DNA of 64,000 nucleotides from the NCBI GenBank assembly GCA_044229145.1, contig JBGATO010000008.1:17218-81217 (forward strand), in the 5' to 3' direction. Source of the DNA: Candidatus Eiseniibacteriota bacterium (GTDB lineage Bacteria; Eisenbacteria; RBG-16-71-46; CAZEPH01). This document shows positions 20,793-29,908 of the stretch, one piece after another. The notes beneath the pieces are model-generated. The model worked only from the letters and a program-made list of their open reading frames with translations. It did not search any database and was not told where the DNA came from. Numbering within the stretch: the stretch's first letter is position 1; each line of letters opens with the position of its first letter. The position numbers were made by a program, and so were the translations under genes.

Positions 20793-23700
20793 TTAGTGCG
20801 CCAGGACGAAGGTGCGCTGGACGTGCGTGTCGCCGGCTCGCAGGCGAAGCACATACACACCGGCCGGAGCCCGCGCGCCGGCTGCCGTGCGGCCGTCCCA
20901 CGCCAACGCGTGCGGGCCGGCAGGCTGCGTCGCGTCGAGCAATCGCGCCACGCGGCGGCCGCGGACGTCGAACACCGTAGCCTCCACCGCCCCGCGCGCC
21001 GGCAGTACGTACGCCACCCGCAGGGTGCCGCGCGCCGGCGACGGCCCGACGCGCAACGCAAGCGCCACCGCGTGCGGCGTGTCGCCGCCCGCGCCGTGCG
21101 CGCTCGACGCATCGTTTGTGCGGAACGCCGTGAAGCCGTTGCCCGCGGCGCCGAACACCAGCCACGGTGTGCGCGGGAATTCGGGCTCCGCGGTGAGCGT
21201 GCGCGCCCGCCAGTGATAGCTGGTTTGCGACGCCAGGCCGGTCAGCAGCAGGTTGGCGTCCACGATGCTGCCCAGCCCGCCGCTCGAATCCGGATGGGTG
21301 GCCAAGGCGAACGGCGTCCGCCACGTGTCGAGGCCGTCGAACGGCATCGCCAGGGGCTTCACCTCGAACTCCACCCGAATCCGCGCGCGGCCGGCGGCGC
21401 TGCGTCCGTTGGTCTTCAGGCGTGCCCCGTCGCCGCGGTCGCTGAGCGCGCCTGCAGCCAGCGGCGCGAGATCGGTGGTGCGGGCTTGGCGCAACAGTCG
21501 CGCGAGTCCGGGGCCACCGTTGCCGCCGAAGTGCGACGTACGGCCTTCATTCGTCTGGCCGTTGGTGGCGAAGGGCGCGCCGATGTCGAGATCGGCGTAG
21601 CCGTCGCCGTTGACGTCGCCCATCGCGCAGGCGCCGCCGAACTGCGCGCCGGCCGCGTTGCTCTCGGCGCCCCACGCGCTGGTGTCGGCGAGGCCGGTGA
21701 CCAGGGCGCCGAAGTAGACCTGCACGCGGCCTTCGCCCGGCTGGACGTTGGTGTAGCCCGGTAACCCGACGGCGAGGTCCGAGGCCCCATCGCCGTCGAT
21801 GTCACCCGCGGCGAGCGCGGCGCCGGTGCGTGCGCTGTCGGCGATTCCCATCACGCTCCAGCTGGGCGAGGGCTGGAGTCCGGCGATCGCGTCGCCACGG
21901 AACACGTACGCGGCCCCGCGCTGGTAGCCGCCGCTCGGGGCCAGTGGCGTGCCGCACGCGAGATCGCCGAGTCCATCGCCGTCGACGTCGCCGGCGGCGG
22001 CGAGCACGCTGCCGAGTTGCGCGCCGGCCTCCGCGCCCTGCGCCGTCCAGGCGGGGCTCGACGACAGGCCGCCGAGCGAGCCGAGGTAGAGCCGCACGGC
22101 GCCGGCCTGCGCCGCCGCGCCATTGTCGCGCGGCGCGCCGGCGACGAGGTCGGCGAAGCCGTCGCCATTGACGTCGCCGGCACCGGCGAGCGCGCTGCCG
22201 AAGCCGATCGAATCCGCGCCGCCGTCGGCGGACCACGTCGCCAGGGCACTCACGCCATCGGGCGTTCCGGCGAACAGCGACACGCGTCCGTCGCGTACCG
22301 CGGAGGCGTTCTCGTCCGGTGCGCCGACCGCCACGTCGGCGAAACCATCGCCGTCGACATCGCCGGTGCCGCTCACCGCGCTGCCGAAGTGCGCGCCGGC
22401 GGCGGTGCCGAACGCCGACCACATCGGCACCGGGCTCACGCCGACGAGCGAGCCGCCGTACACGCGCGCTTCGCCGACGTCGAGAGAGTCGCCGTCCCAG
22501 CCGGGTGCGCCCACCACGAGATCGCAGTAGCCGTCGCCGTTGACGTCGCGCGCGCCAGCGAGCGCGGCGCCGAAGTGCGCGCTGTCCTGCTCGCCCTCGG
22601 CGGTCCACGCCGGCACCGTCACCAAGCCGGTCGACGAGCCGAGGAAGACGAACGCGGCGCCTTCGTCGACGTGGCCGCCGTCGTACTGCGGCGCGCCGAT
22701 CGCCAGGTCCTGGAAGCCGTCGCCGTTGACGTCACCGACGGAGGCCAGCGCGGCACCGAACATCGCGTTCGCCTGGTCGTGCTCGAGAATGGCACCCGCG
22801 GCGATGCTCGGACCGGTGGGTGAGCCGACGTACAGCGATACCTGGCCGTTCGCGACGCCGCCGTTGAAGTTGCCGTACGGCGTGCCGACCAGCACGTCGC
22901 TGTAGCCGTCGCCGTTCACGTCGCCCGCGGTGGCCACCGACCAGCCCATGCGCGCGTTGGTTTGATTGCTCTCGACGCGCCAGCTCGGCGCGGTCGCCGG
23001 ACCCGTGGGGCCGCCGAAGAACACGGTGGCCGAGCCTTCGTACGCTTCCGGCGCGTGCCAGCCGTACGCGCCGACGATGATGTCGGCGAAGCCGTCGCCG
23101 TTGACGTCGCCGGCGGTGCCGACGCAGGCGCCGAAGCGCGCCTCCGACAGCCCGCCGTCGAACACCCACGACGGATTGAGGCCGAGCCCGCTCGCGCCGC
23201 CGAAGTAGACGAAGGCGCGGCCCTCGTTGCGCTGGCCGCTCAAATAGCGCTGCGCGCCGACGATGACGTCGGCATAGCCGTCACCGTTGACGTCGCCGGC
23301 GCTGCTTACCGAGAGACCGTAGCTGGCGTTCGACTGATTGCCCGAGGTGCGCCAGGCGAAGTCGGGATCGACGCCGGCCGGCGTGCCGAGATAGACGAAC
23401 GCGGCGCCCTCGGCGCCCTGGTCGAGCGTCCAGCGCCAGGCGCCGACGATCACGTCGCTGAGGCCATCGCCGTTGACGTCGCCGGCACTCGCCACCGAGC
23501 AGCCGAAGTAGGCGTTCGACTGTCCGCCTTCGCCGCTCCACACCGGAATCGTCGCGAGGCCGCTGGCGCCGCCGAGGTAGACGAGCGCGCGTCCCTCGAA
23601 CGCGAAGTTGTTGTGCGTATAGTACTGCGCCCCGGCGATGACGTCGGCGAAGCCGTCGCCGTTGACATCGCCGGCGGTAGCCACCGAGTAGCCGAACTCG

Positions 23701-24857
23701 GCCTGCACGAGATCGCCCTGCGCGGTCCAGGCCGGCGTGGCCGCGAGGCCGTCGGCCGAACCGAGGTAAAGGAACGCTTCGCCCTCATCGGTCTCGGGGT
23801 CGTCGTAGAACGGTGCGCCGACGATGACATCGTCGTAGCCGTCGCCGTTGACGTCGCCGGCGCTGGCGACGCTGAAACCGTACTGGCATACCGCCTGATT
23901 GCCGTCCTGCACCCACGCCGCCGTGTCGGCCAGACCCTGCGCGGAGCCCAAGTAGACGAACGCCGCGCCCTCGTCGATGTCGCCCTGGTCGTAGAGGTAC
24001 GCGCCGACGATGACGTCGCTGAAGCCGTCGCCGTTGACATCGCCCGCGGTGGCCACTTGCCAGCCGAAGTAGCTCGCGTTCTGATCGCCCTCGACGGTCC
24101 ACGCCGTGGTGGTGAGCGCGGGGTCGATCGTGAGGGGATAGCGTGCGCCGCGATCGTCGACCACCAGGCGAATGCCGGAGCCGGTGCGGGCGAGCGACGC
24201 GGGGAACGCAGCGCCGGTGGCGTCGCTGACGTGCAGGCCGGCGTAGCGCAGCACCCGCGCGCCGCGTCCGTCGACGAATTCGAAGCCGCCTGGTGTCTCG
24301 CGCGCTTGCAGGCCGTCTAGCGTGAGCGCGCCCTCGACCACCAGCGGTCCCTCGCCGTCCGGCCGCTGCGCGATCTCGAAGGTTTGTTCGACGCCGTCGT
24401 GACGGTTGTCGTAGCGCTCGTGGAACGCGGACGTGCTGAAGTGCAGGGCGATGCCGGCGGTGCAGACGTCGCGGGCGCCCACCTCGTGGAGCGCGCCGTC
24501 ACGGCCGTAGGCCTGCGTGCGCCACGTCCACGACCACGCGGCCTCGCGGCTATCGCGCGCGGTGACCTGCATCGCGCCGTCACGCGCGAGGAGGCGGAGA
24601 TTCTGCGCGCGGTTCGGTGCGCCGAAGCCCCCGTCGTGCGCCGCGAAGGCGTACTCGCGCTCGCGCAGTTGCCGCTCGGCCGACGCCCACCAATCAGGCG
24701 CCGCACCCGCCGCCTCGACCGCCGCCGCGACCGTGTGCGTGGTGGCGTGGGGAGCCGAGGCAGACAACGCCCACGACGTCGCGGTGAACACGACGCTCGC
24801 GCTTGCGAGCACGCCCGCGACGCCGCACGCACGCGCGCGTGGAGCGCGTTGCGGCAT
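20793..24857 (-). CDS. Secreted FG-GAP (integrin-alpha-like) repeat protein with FlgD-Ig-like C-terminal domain, copy 1
   Basis: Many AGDVNGDGxxDVIVGA repeats, a signal peptide, a GAGGAG RBS, and a VFDVRGRRV...WDGR...GVY tail. Confidence 0.88.
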   Translation of the reverse strand: MPQRAPRARACGVAGVLASASVVFTATSWALSASAPHATTHTVAAAVEAAGAAPDWWASAERQLREREYAFAAHDGGFGAPNRAQNLRLLARDGAMQVTARDSREAAWSWTWRTQAYGRDGALHEVGARDVCTAGIALHFSTSAFHERYDNRHDGVEQTFEIAQRPDGEGPLVVEGALTLDGLQARETPGGFEFVDGRGARVLRYAGLHVSDATGAAFPASLARTGSGIRLVVDDRGARYPLTIDPALTTTAWTVEGDQNASYFGWQVATAGDVNGDGFSDVIVGAYLYDQGDIDEGAAFVYLGSAQGLADTAAWVQDGNQAVCQYGFSVASAGDVNGDGYDDVIVGAPFYDDPETDEGEAFLYLGSADGLAATPAWTAQGDLVQAEFGYSVATAGDVNGDGFADVIAGAQYYTHNNFAFEGRALVYLGGASGLATIPVWSGEGGQSNAYFGCSVASAGDVNGDGLSDVIVGAWRWTLDQGAEGAAFVYLGTPAGVDPDFAWRTSGNQSNASYGLSVSSAGDVNGDGYADVIVGAQRYLSGQRNEGRAFVYFGGASGLGLNPSWVFDGGLSEARFGACVGTAGDVNGDGFADIIVGAYGWHAPEAYEGSATVFFGGPTGPATAPSWRVESNQTNARMGWSVATAGDVNGDGYSDVLVGTPYGNFNGGVANGQVSLYVGSPTGPSIAAGAILEHDQANAMFGAALASVGDVNGDGFQDLAIGAPQYDGGHVDEGAAFVFLGSSTGLVTVPAWTAEGEQDSAHFGAALAGARDVNGDGYCDLVVGAPGWDGDSLDVGEARVYGGSLVGVSPVPMWSAFGTAAGAHFGSAVSGTGDVDGDGFADVAVGAPDENASAVRDGRVSLFAGTPDGVSALATWSADGGADSIGFGSALAGAGDVNGDGFADLVAGAPRDNGAAAQAGAVRLYLGSLGGLSSSPAWTAQGAEAGAQLGSVLAAAGDVDGDGLGDLACGTPLAPSGGYQRGAAYVFRGDAIAGLQPSPSWSVMGIADSARTGAALAAGDIDGDGASDLAVGLPGYTNVQPGEGRVQVYFGALVTGLADTSAWGAESNAAGAQFGGACAMGDVNGDGYADLDIGAPFATNGQTNEGRTSHFGGNGGPGLARLLRQARTTDLAPLAAGALSDRGDGARLKTNGRSAAGRARIRVEFEVKPLAMPFDGLDTWRTPFALATHPDSSGGLGSIVDANLLLTGLASQTSYHWRARTLTAEPEFPRTPWLVFGAAGNGFTAFRTNDASSAHGAGGDTPHAVALALRVGPSPARGTLRVAYVLPARGAVEATVFDVRGRRVARLLDATQPAGPHALAWDGRTAAGARAPAGVYVLRLRAGDTHVQRTFVLAH

Positions 24858-24914
24858 GGAAGCCCTCCTCCGATGGAAGACGCGTGAATCCTTCACCCGC
24901 AACCGCGGGTGTGG

Positions 24915-27900
24915 TTATCGATCCGTGAGGACGACGCGCTGGGTGCGCGTGCCGCCCGGCCCATCGAGCCGCACGAGATAGAGTCCAGCTGGCACACGCC
25001 GGCCGGCATCGTCGACACCACGCCACTCGGCGCGGTACTCGCCGGCTTCCCGCGGGCCGTCGGCCAGTGCGGCAAGGGCGCGGCCGGCGGCGTCGAACAC
25101 CCGCAGGCGCGCGTTGCCCGCCGTGGCGAGACGGTAGCGCAGGGTCGTCCGGCCGGGTGCCGGATTCGGCGCCGGCGCGGTGAGCGCGAGGCCCCGCGTC
25201 GCGGGCTCGCCCGGTGTGCCGACCGCGGTCGGCCGCGCGGTGCGGATCGTGCCCTGCGTACGCGGCACCTGCGGAATCGACAGCCAGACGCTGCGCGCTT
25301 GGAAGCGCCGCGCGTCGCTGACCAGCCGGATGCGCCACTTGTACATGGTGAAGCCGGTGAGGCCGCTTACCACCTCGTCGAGGTGGGCGATGGAGCCGCC
25401 GGTTCCCGGCGCGCCGGTGTCGAGCAGAGCGCCGGTGCCGAGTCCGGTGCCGTCGAACGGCACGCCGATCGGCTTGACCTCCCACTGCATGCGCACTTGG
25501 CCGCGGCCGAGGATGCTTCGGCCGTTGGCGCGCAGGCGGAAGCTCGTTGCGTCTTCGCTGGCGCCGAGCACCGCGATCGGCGCGGTGTCCGAGAGACGCC
25601 ACTGCATGACGGCGCGATCGAGGCCGGGGCCGAGATTGCCGTAGAACGCGTAGATGCGCCCCTCGTCGAACTTCGCCGCCAGGTCGTAGAGATACGCGGC
25701 CGTGACGAAGTCCGGGGAGCCGTCGCCGTTCAAGTCGCCGGCCGCGGCGACCGCGTTGCCGAACAGCGCGCGGCCCTGGTCGCCGTACCAGACGTTCGAC
25801 GACAGCGAGTTGACGCCGGTGCTGTTGCCGCGGAACAACTGCAGGCGGCCGACGTCGGTGTTGCCGTTGTTGTCGTAGTAGGGCGTGCCGACCACGACAT
25901 CGCCGAAGCCGTCGCCGTTGGTGTCGCCGACCCCTGCCACCGCGAAGCCGCACTGCGAGTTGGCCTGGCCGCCGGCGTCGGTCCACGCCGCGGTCGGGCG
26001 CAGGCCATTGAGGCCGCCGAGAATCACCTGCGCACGCCCGTCGCTGGTGAACGCGCCGCTGTAGAGCGGCTGGCCGATGACGATATCGGCGTAGCCGTCG
26101 CCATTGACGTCGCCGGCGCTGGCGATCGACCACCCGAGCACCGCGCCGGACTGCGTGCCATCGAGCGTCCAGTTGGGTGCGCTGGAGGGGCCGAAGTTCG
26201 ACCCGTGGTATTCGAGGACGCGGCCGGCATCGACCAGGCTCACCGAGGGATCGTAGAGGCGGGCCGCGATGAGCAGGTCGCTGTAGCTGTCGCCGTTGAT
26301 GTCGCCGGCACCGGCGACCGCGCTGCCGAACCACCCGCCTGTTTGATCGCCTTCGGCGTGCCAGTCGGCGGCCGCGGCGGGGCCGCTCGTGGAGCCGAGG
26401 TAGACCCAGACGCCGCCTTCGTCGGTTTGGCCGTTGTCGTAGTAGGGCGCGCCGATCGCGATGTCGCCGAAGCCGTCGGCATTGGTGTCGCCGATGCCGG
26501 TCACCGCGAAGCCGAAGCCGGCGCCCGCCTGATCGAGTTCCGCGGTCCACGAGGCGCTCAGCGAGATGCCTGACGGCGTGCCGAGGTAGAGGAAGGCGCG
26601 GCCTTCGTCGGTCTGCCCATTGTCGTACGCGGGACATCCGACTAGCACGTCGGCGTAGCCGTCGCCGTTGACATCGCCGGCCCCTGCCACCGCGGCGCCG
26701 AATTGCGAGAGCCCTTGGTTCGACTCGACGGTGCGGACGCTGGTCGCGGTGATGCCCTTGGCCGAGCCGCGGAAGACGAACGCGCGGCCTTCATCGGTCT
26801 GGCCGTTGTCCCAGTAGGGTGCGCCCACCACGACATCGGTGTAGCCGTCGCCGTTGACGTCGCCGGCCGCGCTCAGCGCGTACCCGAACTGCGCGCCGCC
26901 TTGCTGACTGTCGAACGACCAGTCGGCCAGCGTGTCGACGCCAGCCGGCGCGCCGTAGAACACGAACGCCTTTCCGACATCGATCAGGTTTTGATTGATG
27001 GGATCGTCGAACAACGGCGCGCCGACGATGACGTCGCTGTAGCCGTCGCCGTTGACGTCGCCGGCACCGCTCACCGACCAGCCGGAGAATGCCTTGGTCT
27101 GTCCGGCGCCGAACGTCCAGTCGGGCAGGGTGTCGAGACCGGCCGCGGTGCCCTGATACACGAACGAGCCGCCTTCGTCGGCGATCGCGAACTCGTACTG
27201 CCATGCGCCGACGATGACGTCGGCGAAGCCGTCGCCGTTGACGTCGCCAGCGCACGCCACGGAGCAGCCGAGCCGTGCGTCGGTGGCGTTCGACTGCACC
27301 GTCCACGCGGCCAGCGTGTCGGGGCCGATCACGCTGCCGTAGTAGACCCAGACGCGGCCTTCGTTCTGTTCGCCGCTCGAATAGCGCGAGCCTCCGACGA
27401 TGATGTCGCCGTAGCCGTCGCCGTTGACGTCGCCGGCCGCCGCGACGGCGTGACCGTAGCTGGCACCGCCCTGATTGCCTTCGCGCGTCCACACCGCGGT
27501 GGTGGAGAGGCCGTTGACGCCGCCGAGATACACCCACGCCTTGCCTTCGGTGCTCTGGCCGTTGGTGTAGTGGAACGCGCCGACGATGACGTCGTCGTAG
27601 CCGTCCGCGTTGACGTCGCCGGCACCGGCCGCCGGGGCGCCGTAGTAGCCGTTGACTTGGTCGCCTTCGGTGATCCACGACGGCGCGGCCACCGGCCCGT
27701 TCGTGCTGCCGAGGAACAGCAGCGCGCGGCCTTCGTCGATCTCGGGGTCGTCGTAGTAGGGCGCGCTGACCACCACGTCGTCGAAGCCGTCGCCGTTGAC
27801 GTCGCCGGCCGAGCCGACGGTGTTGCCGAGCAGCGCGAGCGCTTGGCCGCTGGTGTAGCTCCACACCGGCGCGGCGTTCAGTCCGTCGGGGCCGCCGAGG

Positions 27901-29021
27901 TACACCCACGCGCCGCCTTCGTCGGTGAGCGCGGCGGTCGATTCATAGCGGTAGCCACCGACGATGACGTCGTCGTAGCCGTCGCCGTTGACGTCGCCCG
28001 CCGAGGCGACGGCGACACCCATGTTGGCGCCGGCTTGGTTGGACTCCGCAATCCAGCCCGGGATCGAGCCGAGGCCGGCGGTGGAGCCGTAGAAGACGAA
28101 TGCGGCGCCCTCGTCGGTCTGGCCGTTGTCGTAATAGGGCGCGCCGACGATGACGTCGGAGTAGCCGTCTCCGTTGACGTCGCCGGCGCAGGCGACCGAG
28201 TCGCCGAGTTGTTCGCCCGCCTGATTGCCGAGCGCGGTCCACACCGGCGAGGAGATCAGCGGGTCGAGGACGATCGGGTAGCGGGCGTCGTGGTCGTCGG
28301 CGAGCAAGCGCAACGTGCCATCGGCGAACTCCAATCGGGCGGGCAGGGCGATGCCGTCGGCGTCACGAACCGCGAGGCCGGCATAACGCAACGCGCGGGC
28401 GCCGCCGGGGAGCAGGAAGTCGAGCGCGTCGCCCTCGCGCGAGAGCCGTGGCGTGACGCCGGTCCCGGCCACCGCGAGTTCGAGCGCCAGTTCGCCGCTG
28501 CCGTCCGGGCGCGCGGCGAGTGTGAAGCCCTGCTCGACGCCCTCCGCCGCATTCACGTACCACTCGTGGACGCCCGGCCGCACGTACTGCACGATGGCGC
28601 CCAGCGACTGCGGCATCACCGGCTCGCTGACGCGGACCGCCGCACCGCGGCCGACGCCGCGCAGCGTCCACGCGGCGGACCACGCCGGCTCCGCCGCCGT
28701 CTGCCGGCGCGGCTCGACGCGAATGCCTCCGGAGGTGAAGTAGGTGCGAAGGTTCTGGGCCCGGTTGGGGGCTTGGAGGCCGTCGTGTCCCGTCACGGCG
28801 GTTGCTTCGTATTCGCGCCGCGCGAGGCTGCCGCGGACGCCGGAAACCCAGGACGAGGATGTGCTAGGTGAGTTGCCGGCTGCCGCCTCGGCGCGAGAGG
28901 GGGCCCCGCTCGCGGACGATGCGGGGCGCGCCGACGCAGCGCCAGCCGCGGTGACGGCAGCGAGCGAGCAGACGAGGGCGGCGAAGACGATCTGGCGAAT
29001 CGTGGCTACGTGTCCTGTCAT
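24915..29021 (-). CDS. Secreted FG-GAP repeat protein with FlgD-Ig-like C-terminal domain, copy 2
   Basis: Same architecture as copy 1 (APNRAQNLR N-domain, GVEQ.F, FG-GAP repeats, CTD). Start chosen at MTGHVAT, before the hydrophobic signal. Confidence 0.88.
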   Translation of the reverse strand: MTGHVATIRQIVFAALVCSLAAVTAAGAASARPASSASGAPSRAEAAAGNSPSTSSSWVSGVRGSLARREYEATAVTGHDGLQAPNRAQNLRTYFTSGGIRVEPRRQTAAEPAWSAAWTLRGVGRGAAVRVSEPVMPQSLGAIVQYVRPGVHEWYVNAAEGVEQGFTLAARPDGSGELALELAVAGTGVTPRLSREGDALDFLLPGGARALRYAGLAVRDADGIALPARLEFADGTLRLLADDHDARYPIVLDPLISSPVWTALGNQAGEQLGDSVACAGDVNGDGYSDVIVGAPYYDNGQTDEGAAFVFYGSTAGLGSIPGWIAESNQAGANMGVAVASAGDVNGDGYDDVIVGGYRYESTAALTDEGGAWVYLGGPDGLNAAPVWSYTSGQALALLGNTVGSAGDVNGDGFDDVVVSAPYYDDPEIDEGRALLFLGSTNGPVAAPSWITEGDQVNGYYGAPAAGAGDVNADGYDDVIVGAFHYTNGQSTEGKAWVYLGGVNGLSTTAVWTREGNQGGASYGHAVAAAGDVNGDGYGDIIVGGSRYSSGEQNEGRVWVYYGSVIGPDTLAAWTVQSNATDARLGCSVACAGDVNGDGFADVIVGAWQYEFAIADEGGSFVYQGTAAGLDTLPDWTFGAGQTKAFSGWSVSGAGDVNGDGYSDVIVGAPLFDDPINQNLIDVGKAFVFYGAPAGVDTLADWSFDSQQGGAQFGYALSAAGDVNGDGYTDVVVGAPYWDNGQTDEGRAFVFRGSAKGITATSVRTVESNQGLSQFGAAVAGAGDVNGDGYADVLVGCPAYDNGQTDEGRAFLYLGTPSGISLSASWTAELDQAGAGFGFAVTGIGDTNADGFGDIAIGAPYYDNGQTDEGGVWVYLGSTSGPAAAADWHAEGDQTGGWFGSAVAGAGDINGDSYSDLLIAARLYDPSVSLVDAGRVLEYHGSNFGPSSAPNWTLDGTQSGAVLGWSIASAGDVNGDGYADIVIGQPLYSGAFTSDGRAQVILGGLNGLRPTAAWTDAGGQANSQCGFAVAGVGDTNGDGFGDVVVGTPYYDNNGNTDVGRLQLFRGNSTGVNSLSSNVWYGDQGRALFGNAVAAAGDLNGDGSPDFVTAAYLYDLAAKFDEGRIYAFYGNLGPGLDRAVMQWRLSDTAPIAVLGASEDATSFRLRANGRSILGRGQVRMQWEVKPIGVPFDGTGLGTGALLDTGAPGTGGSIAHLDEVVSGLTGFTMYKWRIRLVSDARRFQARSVWLSIPQVPRTQGTIRTARPTAVGTPGEPATRGLALTAPAPNPAPGRTTLRYRLATAGNARLRVFDAAGRALAALADGPREAGEYRAEWRGVDDAGRRVPAGLYLVRLDGPGGTRTQRVVLTDR

Positions 29022-29377
29022 GTTGCCCTGCGGTTTCGTACTTCGCGGACAACGCGGGTGCGCGTCCGGTTCGAGACTGCGTGATTCCATCAACAGCAGC
29101 GCGGCCGGGGAAGCCACGGAACGGGGGAGCTGGAGGTCGTCCGCAAACGCTGATGCCGGTGACAACTGCCCGCGGAGGAGAATGGCGCCACGTGCCGCCG
29201 GGAGCGCGGCGCGTCGAGGTGCTCAACGGGTGCTTTCGTGCGTCTTTCAACAGTTTAGCGGCGGCGTTACCATTGTGCAAGGACAAGCGCCAGGGCGGCG
29301 CGCCGTGCCCCACCCCGGCTCGCCGGCGGCGGGAAAGCCTCACCTCGCAGCGGTGAGCGGACGAAGGGAGTCGTAAC

Positions 29378-29908
29378 GTGAATTGGCTTGATTTGGCGAT
29401 CCTGGCCTTCGTGGTCATGTCGGCGATCCGCGGGGCGACGCGGGGCGCGATCCGCGCCGTGCTCGGCCTGGCCGCGGTCATCATCGCGCTCGCGGTGGCC
29501 GGCCGCGCCTATCCGCTGCTCAGTGACCAGGTGCGCCAGGTCATTCCGGTGGACCACCAGGCGGCGGACTGGCTCGCGTTCCTGATCCTCTACGGTTTCC
29601 TCCACGGCGTCTTGGCGATCGTGGCTGCGATCCTCGGGCTGGCCGGCAAGGTCATCGGTCCGGAGGGCGTCCCCGGCCGGCTGGCTGGGGCGATCCTCGA
29701 AGGGTATCGCGCCGTGCTCCTGTCGGCGGTGCTCGTGGGCGCGCTGCTCACCGCACCTCAGGGGTTGCACATGCGGTGGGCAGCGGGGCCGGCGGCGGCC
29801 CAGGCGCTGCGCATCGCCGCCCCAATGCTCGAGCAGTTGGTGCCGTTATTCCCCGGCAGTGCCGAGGAGCGCGTCGGCGCTCCCACGCACAGCAGCGTCG
29901 AGAGCTAG
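29378..29908 (+). CDS. cvpA: CvpA (colicin V production) family membrane protein
   Basis: MNWLDLAIL...RGATRG N-terminus and several TM helices. Confidence 0.75.
   Translation: MNWLDLAILAFVVMSAIRGATRGAIRAVLGLAAVIIALAVAGRAYPLLSDQVRQVIPVDHQAADWLAFLILYGFLHGVLAIVAAILGLAGKVIGPEGVPGRLAGAILEGYRAVLLSAVLVGALLTAPQGLHMRWAAGPAAAQALRIAAPMLEQLVPLFPGSAEERVGAPTHSSVES

Noticed and set aside
21590..28200. Recurrent GCCGTCGCCGTTGACGTCGCC repeats resembling an array
   Set aside because: They encode the GDVNGDG FG-GAP motif within ORFs. Spacing is about 180-200 nt, so this is not CRISPR.
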